NCBI GenBank assembly: GCA_964016885.1 | Contig: OZ024740.1 | Span: forward strand, 266,662,001-266,726,000 | DNA from: Eledone cirrhosa | Taxonomy: Eukaryota | Reading direction: 5' to 3' | Length of the DNA stretch: 64,000 bases | In this document: positions 57,953 through 64,000 of the stretch, in pieces | How positions within the stretch are numbered: position 1 is the stretch's first letter | Layout of the letters: every line of letters begins with the position of its first letter | The notes under the pieces: model-generated | Told to the model about the DNA's origin: nothing | The model's database searches: none | What the model saw: only the letters and a program-made list of their open reading frames with translations | Program-made: the position numbers and the translations under genes

Positions 57953-59654
57953 TGTATGTATGTATGTATGTATGTATGTATGTATGTATGTATGTATGTA
58001 TGTATGTATTATGTCAGGTCACCAGTTGGTGCTACTGGTAACATGTATCCCAGTACAACCTGTCTCATGGTCGGGTTGTTGGCGACTAAACTGGCAACCC
58101 CACCAAGGTTTCTTGGTGAGGAGGGTGACTTTGGACATCCTGCAGGACTAAAAACAAAACCTGTCAAAGGGCAAAGCAGCTCTTAAGAGTCAATGGCCAT
58201 CCAAAATCACCGGGAGAGATGACCCCTTAGCCTTTGTCAAGGCAGAATTCTAGGAGAAGGAAAACTCTGATATAACACCTGCAAGCCTGACGGTATTCAA
58301 TGATGTTGACTTGTTCTTCTTTTTGGTAAATATCATCTTGGTTAAGAGAGTGGGAGTGACTTTGTGCAGTGCCTTTGCTCACTATAAAAGCTTCAAGGCG
58401 CAGGCATTGCTTTATATCTGGAGATCTCCCTGCACTTGTCGTCACATGGTACCATGGGCCCAGCACTATGTGTCAATAATTGTCACAAGTGTAGTGTTTG
58501 TACCAGAGTTTTCAAGTCGCTGGCTGGACTAAAAAGTCACACTCGTTCAGCGCATCAGTAGGAGTTCTCCTACATGGATATAAAGTAGTGGCCATACTCG
58601 AAAACGAATTGGCAGCCACCATGTATGTATGTATGTATGTATGTATGTATGTATGTATGTATGTATGTATGTATTCATGCATGTGTGCGTGTGTTTGTCT
58701 GTCTGTCTGCCTGCCTGCCTGGTTTACGTTTACATAGCTTAATGACTACTACTGTTTATGCCTTGTAACCAAGTTCGACAAACAGATCGATACAATGAGT
58801 ACTAGAGTTTAAAATCAACAATAGGATGGATATTGTCGACTAATCTTTTGAAGGGGGCAGCTCAAGGCCGCCGTACATTGATAGAAACCAGTAAGAGAAT
58901 ATAGTTAATGTATGTTTATGTGTGAGTGTGTGTGGTGTATATCTATGTGTGTCTATGTCTCTGCGTGCGTGTGTGCGTGCGCGAGTATGTGTTTATGCGA
59001 TATGTGTGCATGTGTGTTAGTGTATGTGTCTGTGTGTATGCGTCTGTGTTATGTGTGCGCATGTTCCTGTGGGTTAGTGTGTATGTGTTTGTGTGTGTAT
59101 ATATATATATACGTGTGTGTGTGTGTATGTGTAGCTATATAAATACACACAGATGTATTTTATGGTATGCCCCAGAATATGGGAACATGACCGAATAGTT
59201 AAGAAGTTCCCTTGGCAATTATTAGATCCTGCTTTTGATCTCACTGAGCGACATCTGGGATATACATCGTCGAAACTAATGAAGATCCATTCCTATGCAG
59301 GGGGTAGGGGTCATTGTACCGCTTACCGTATTGGGGGCCACACAACACGGCCCCTAAGTATTTAGTGCCACAAGTCACCCTTACAATGTGTGTCTCTTTC
59401 TCCCAGTTATGTATCCCAATTTTCCAAAGAAGATTATGTCAACTCGCAGCAAAGATGTTTAGCTATCTATTTATTGATCGCAGGAAATTAATGTCAATTT
59501 AACTTAATCATACGAATTTATATAAAACTGTGATCCTTTAAGTTTCAGTAATGCGCCTCACTGAGGCCTGTATTCTAGAGAGCTGCTTAGCTGGTCTTAA
59601 CAGTATCGGCGGTCCTGATACCACGCACATCAAAACGTTGTCAATCAGTAGTTT

Positions 59655-60458
59655 TTGAACGGCTGTCGTGGACAGCAAAACATTACTCATCAAGGCAAGT
59701 GCTTCCTTAAAATGCCACACCTGGGCGAGAATACCACCAATGCTATCCGCAAGGCTACACGGAGGGAGGGCCTCGACATCCACCTGGCCCACTCGGGCCC
59801 CTCCCTGCGAAGATGCCTCTCCAGGAAACCCGGGAAATCAACTGACGCGTGCTCCCTCAGAGACTGCCCGATGCGCCATGCGAACTGTTGCCTACGCACA
59901 TACGTCGTGTATAAGATAGAATGTAACAAGTGCAACCAATACTATATAGGTAGCACAATCCGGCCGTTGCACATCCGGATCAAGGAACACACTAAAACCA
60001 GGGCCTCGTCTTTCCGGAAACACATAGCCAAATGCGGAAACAAAGACGGAAGGGCCATTGTCACAATTCTAGCGACAGAAAGAAACGCCGACACGTTACG
60101 TATCAAGGAAGCACTTTGGATCAAACGCCTAGGGCCACAATTAAACAACCGATCCGAGAGAAGCGAAATGAGGTGGTTGGTTGAAGTTAACAAACGATGC
60201 AGCAACACACGTCCACACACACACAAGCGAGAGAGCAACACACACACACACACACACACACAGTAACATTCACCAAACAGGCAGAGAATGGACTGACAGC
60301 TAGCGCCACCACTCACTCCCACAGTTGAAAGAACTATTTCGGCCACTGACCTCTGCCTGACCGACCCCATTTCATCCGCACGCGCGCTCTGCTGAATACC
60401 TCAGATATTCAAAACAACGAACAGCGGAGGACACGTTTCGCACCTTTCCGACAGACAA

Positions 60459-60489
<31 letters not shown>

Positions 60490-60884
60490 CAGTTGATGGA
60501 TGTGAATCCGAAATATATAGGGACAATTAAATCTCTCCTAAGGTAACTTTCTCTCGTGTTGTTATTTTTATTTTTATCCTTTACGCTCTTTCCTTCATTC
60601 CTCTACACGTCTTATACACGCCACGCATCTCAACGTACACCCACTTACATCTCTCTCTCCACCACCAGATCTTGTTACCCGGAGATTTACCCATCTGCAT
60701 TGTCGAGGCCTCCAAACGACTTAAAGATATTTAACTTATTACTCATCAGTTCCTTTGAAGTTTAGAAATCATTTTTCTTTATAACAACAGATTTTACTTA
60801 CAAAAGAACATTCAGTTTATGCACTCATTGTTTTGTCACTTTTATTCAGAATGTCTATACTATATTTAACTCACCACGAACTTT

Positions 60885-60885
<1 letters not shown>
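59655..60885 (+). mobile_element. 5'-truncated PLE (GIY-YIG, non-Naiad type) with degenerate hammerhead
   Basis: C..DCPM..C..VVYKIECNKCNQYYIGSTIRPLHIRIKEH..LRIKEALWIK..LN; CCC-CAGTTGA-TGGAT GTGA ATCC-GAAA-TATAT-A-GGG at about 60486-60522. Confidence 0.85.
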
Positions 60886-60934
<49 letters not shown>

Positions 60935-60938
<4 letters not shown>

Positions 60939-62140
60939 TATTTTCCGTTGTGTTGTAATATAAATATTACACACAGTAGATTGACAGCTCACGTAGAGTT
61001 TGCTCGACGGTTCCAGTTGTAGTTCCAAAAGTAATCCGGAGAAAAATAGAAAGATTTGAATGGATACAGTTTAGTTGAAAGGAATTTATTGACACGTGTT
61101 TCTATAACATGGTATAACCCCGAATACAATAGTTCCATTAGTACAAATTTACCAGTACTCTTCTTTAAAATAATTAAGAGACATTTTCCTACATCACACA
61201 AATACCACAAAATCCTAAACCCTACCACCATAAGACTGTCATACTCTACAGCGTTAAACCTTGAACAACACATAAAAAGATCAATACTAGAAGGTTAAAC
61301 GAAAACACTAAAAACTTAAGTACAAAGAACACAAAAAAAAACAGTAGACAATACACTACAGAACATAAATAAACCACACCTAAGTTCGTCCGCAATACTA
61401 CTCCAGAGAAAACCCAACGTACACAACTGTAACTGCACCTATCCTGACAACTGCCCCCTCGGCAATAACTGCCTGGAAAAAAATATTATTTATAAGTGTA
61501 CCATTAAATCCGGAGGCAGCGAGTGGTATTACGTGGGATCAACGGCAACATCGTTTAAATCTCGATTATATAGGCATTCTTACTCAATAAAACACCAGAG
61601 CCAAAGAAATGTAACAACTTTAGCAGAAAAAGCTTGGACGCTCAGGGATAGCGATCAAAAGTTTACCCTAAAATGGGAGAAATTAGCTAAAACCCAAAGC
61701 TTTTCCAGGAGCCAAAATTTCTGCAAATTGTGTAATCTTGAGATTTATTACATAATCACACACAAGAAGAAATTGCTGAATAACAGAATTGAACGAACAT
61801 TATTCTGCCGTCACCGAACTAAAACCCTTTTTTCCCACTACAAGCCGAATATTACATAAAAGAGGGACATCCCCCAACTATATAAACCTCAATCTAGTTA
61901 GAAAAATATAAAAACAATCTCTTCTCAACATATATATGTATATTAATAACCTCAAATTACCACACTAATAATGGAAAGATATGCTGATGAGAATAGGTAC
62001 AAAAATGCGATAATGAATGTGTCTAAAAGCGACCATAAGTATGTATATATATGTGAAAATGTATATAAATAAGTAAATATATATATATGTTTGATGTGTA
62101 TAGTTAGATGTAAGTGTATTCATGTATTAAAGTGCTTATA

Positions 62141-62192
<52 letters not shown>

Positions 62193-62892
62193 TATATATG
62201 TATATGTATATATATGCACATAGACTAGAGTATGTATGTCTATACGTGTGTCTATATGTGTGTATATAAAGATAAGTTGAGTATAAAAATGTATACACAT
62301 GAACGCGTATGTATGTACATGAATACATGTGTGTATATATATATGTATGCATGTGTATATGTATGTAAGTATGAACATGTTACTATGTGAATGTGAGTAT
62401 ATGTATTTTGTAGAGGTGTGCAAATATGTTTGAGTGTGAATGCGTGGGTGAAAGGATACGTACACTTGAAAGAAAAATTTAAGTCTGAATGTTAATTAAG
62501 TGCAAACACAAAACCAGCCACGCATATCTTTACTATCTCTAATCCTTCTATAGATTTAGAAAAATAACCAATAATATATTCTATAAAAATGTCAAAACAA
62601 CAGATGGGAATCTAATTACTCACTGCCACCAAAAATTCTCACTGCTATCAAAAAACCACTCCCTCAACTATTCTTCTAACAACCTCACCCCTCCCTCCTA
62701 ATATTCTCTATAAAAACCAAACAGGTCCTCAGTAATATTATTCTGATGAAATGACAGTAAATAATAACATTGAAATATTGAATGTCTGCATAACTAATAC
62801 TTTGTAGATAGCAGCTGTTTTCAGGTTATGTAACTGTTATAGAAACACGTGTCAATAAATTCCTTTCAACTAAACTGTATCCATTCAAATCT

Positions 62893-62898
<6 letters not shown>
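60935..62898 (+). mobile_element. 5'-truncated Naiad-type PLE with inverted 5' pLTR piece
   Basis: ITWYNPEYN..IRLSYST and YVGSTATSFKSRLYRH..CKLCNLE..LLN..CRH; 61047-61108 is the reverse complement of 62836-62898. Confidence 0.85.
62738..62858 (+). ncRNA. Type I hammerhead with long stem II
   Basis: TTATT-CTGATGA-AATGACAGT..ACTGTTATA-GAAA-CACGTG-TC-AATAA. Confidence 0.82.
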
Positions 62899-62958
<60 letters not shown>

Positions 62959-63099
62959 TTTTTTTTATTTGTTTAGCAAGATTCCTTATCTGAAAACGTG
63001 TTAAAACCTATATTGTTATGCTTTGGGAGGGTCATGCTGCCAATAAGTAACCAATAAGAAACACACGCATCAGTTGTTTTCACTTCAATTTATTATAAA

Positions 63100-64000
63100 T
63101 TTCCGGTTGGTTGGTTGGTTCTATAACCGGATGGTTGTTCACATATTGTCAAAGTTCTTTCGTCACACATTCTGTGACCTCTTCAGTGACTGGGATTCTT
63201 TTCTTTATTTTTTATTTTGTGCCTCTCCTTTGTTCTGTCCTACGCCATCTTGTTTTTGTGTGTGTTGAGTGCTTAGTTTGCGCATGTGTTACGTCCGGGT
63301 GTCTGTGTGTTTTTATTTGTTTATTTACATGTCACTAGTTGGTTGTTTGTTCTATGTGTGTGTGATATATATATATACATATATACATGCATACATACAT
63401 ATATAAACATTTTTTTTGTGTGTCTGTATGTTTTCATTTTGTCCTTAATTATAAGTTGTGATGTTGCTATTCCATTCATGTTTTCTATTTAATTTTGGTT
63501 GGAGTTCATTTATGTTTATTGCCTCTGTGATTTGTTTAAACATTGCGTCTTTTCTGCGTGTAGTTTCTATTTTTATCTCTATGTTCTCTAATTTGCCCAT
63601 ATGGTCTATTTTAGCATGTTAATGGAGTATTGATGAGTCTTTTCTATCTTGGAGTTCTCGCCAGTGTTCATTTAATCGTTCTCCTGTGCTACGAGCTGTC
63701 TCACCTATGTACATTATATTCTTATTTTTACATTGTCCCTCATTACATCTTATGCTACATACTATGTTTCTAGTTTTACAGTTAATATGGAGCCTTAGCT
63801 TACAGATTATGCATTTCCTATCTATACAGAGATGTCTTTGAAAAGGGTATGTATTACTAATTAGTGTTTTTATGGAGGTACCTGGTCTTTCGACTATCTT
63901 AATATTTAGTTTAAGTTTATCTAGGGCCCTTCTAATTTTGTAAGCTAGTTCACCTCTAGGGGTTGTATTGATAAACATTACACTCTGGTATTTATTGTTA
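63100..64000 (-). mobile_element. PLE 3' portion (GIY-YIG with Cys-rich linker, possibly Neptune-like), extends beyond the window
   Basis: C..KCIIC..NCKTRNIVCSIRC..MYIGETARSTGERLNEH, then an in-frame stop. Confidence 0.8.
63148..63190 (-). ncRNA. Type I hammerhead at PLE 3' end
   Basis: GTCA-CTGAAGA-GGTCACA GAATG TGTGAC-GAAA-GAAC-TT-TGAC. Confidence 0.8.

Overview
AT-rich, repeat-dominated eukaryotic DNA, most likely a coleoid cephalopod such as Octopus (inferred from its SINE/LINE families and very long (TA)n tracts). One host coding exon is visible: a TLC-domain-like membrane protein at 14066-14999. The rest is tRNA-derived SINEs, fragments of RTE, Tx1, CRE-like and R4-like LINEs, a Merlin-like MITE and Helitron-like repeats. 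From about 22 to 55 kb and again at 59-64 kb, (TA)n tracts hold many Penelope-like retroelements (PLEs), including one apparently intact Naiad-type element (RT plus GIY-YIG, 42694-46705). The main hidden signal is about 31 type I hammerhead ribozyme motifs from about 16 sequence families, found by eye on both strands. Most have palindromic stem III, and several have variant cores (U3-A8, C4, A4). They include a 5-copy, 310-bp tandem array of a structured non-coding ribozyme unit (38071-39777) and a diverged 320-bp sister unit (40477-41150); these are candidate cephalopod retrozymes or circRNA elements. A tRNA-containing 291-bp unit shows the same architecture. All folds were derived manually, ribozyme activity is untested, and repeat boundaries are approximate.
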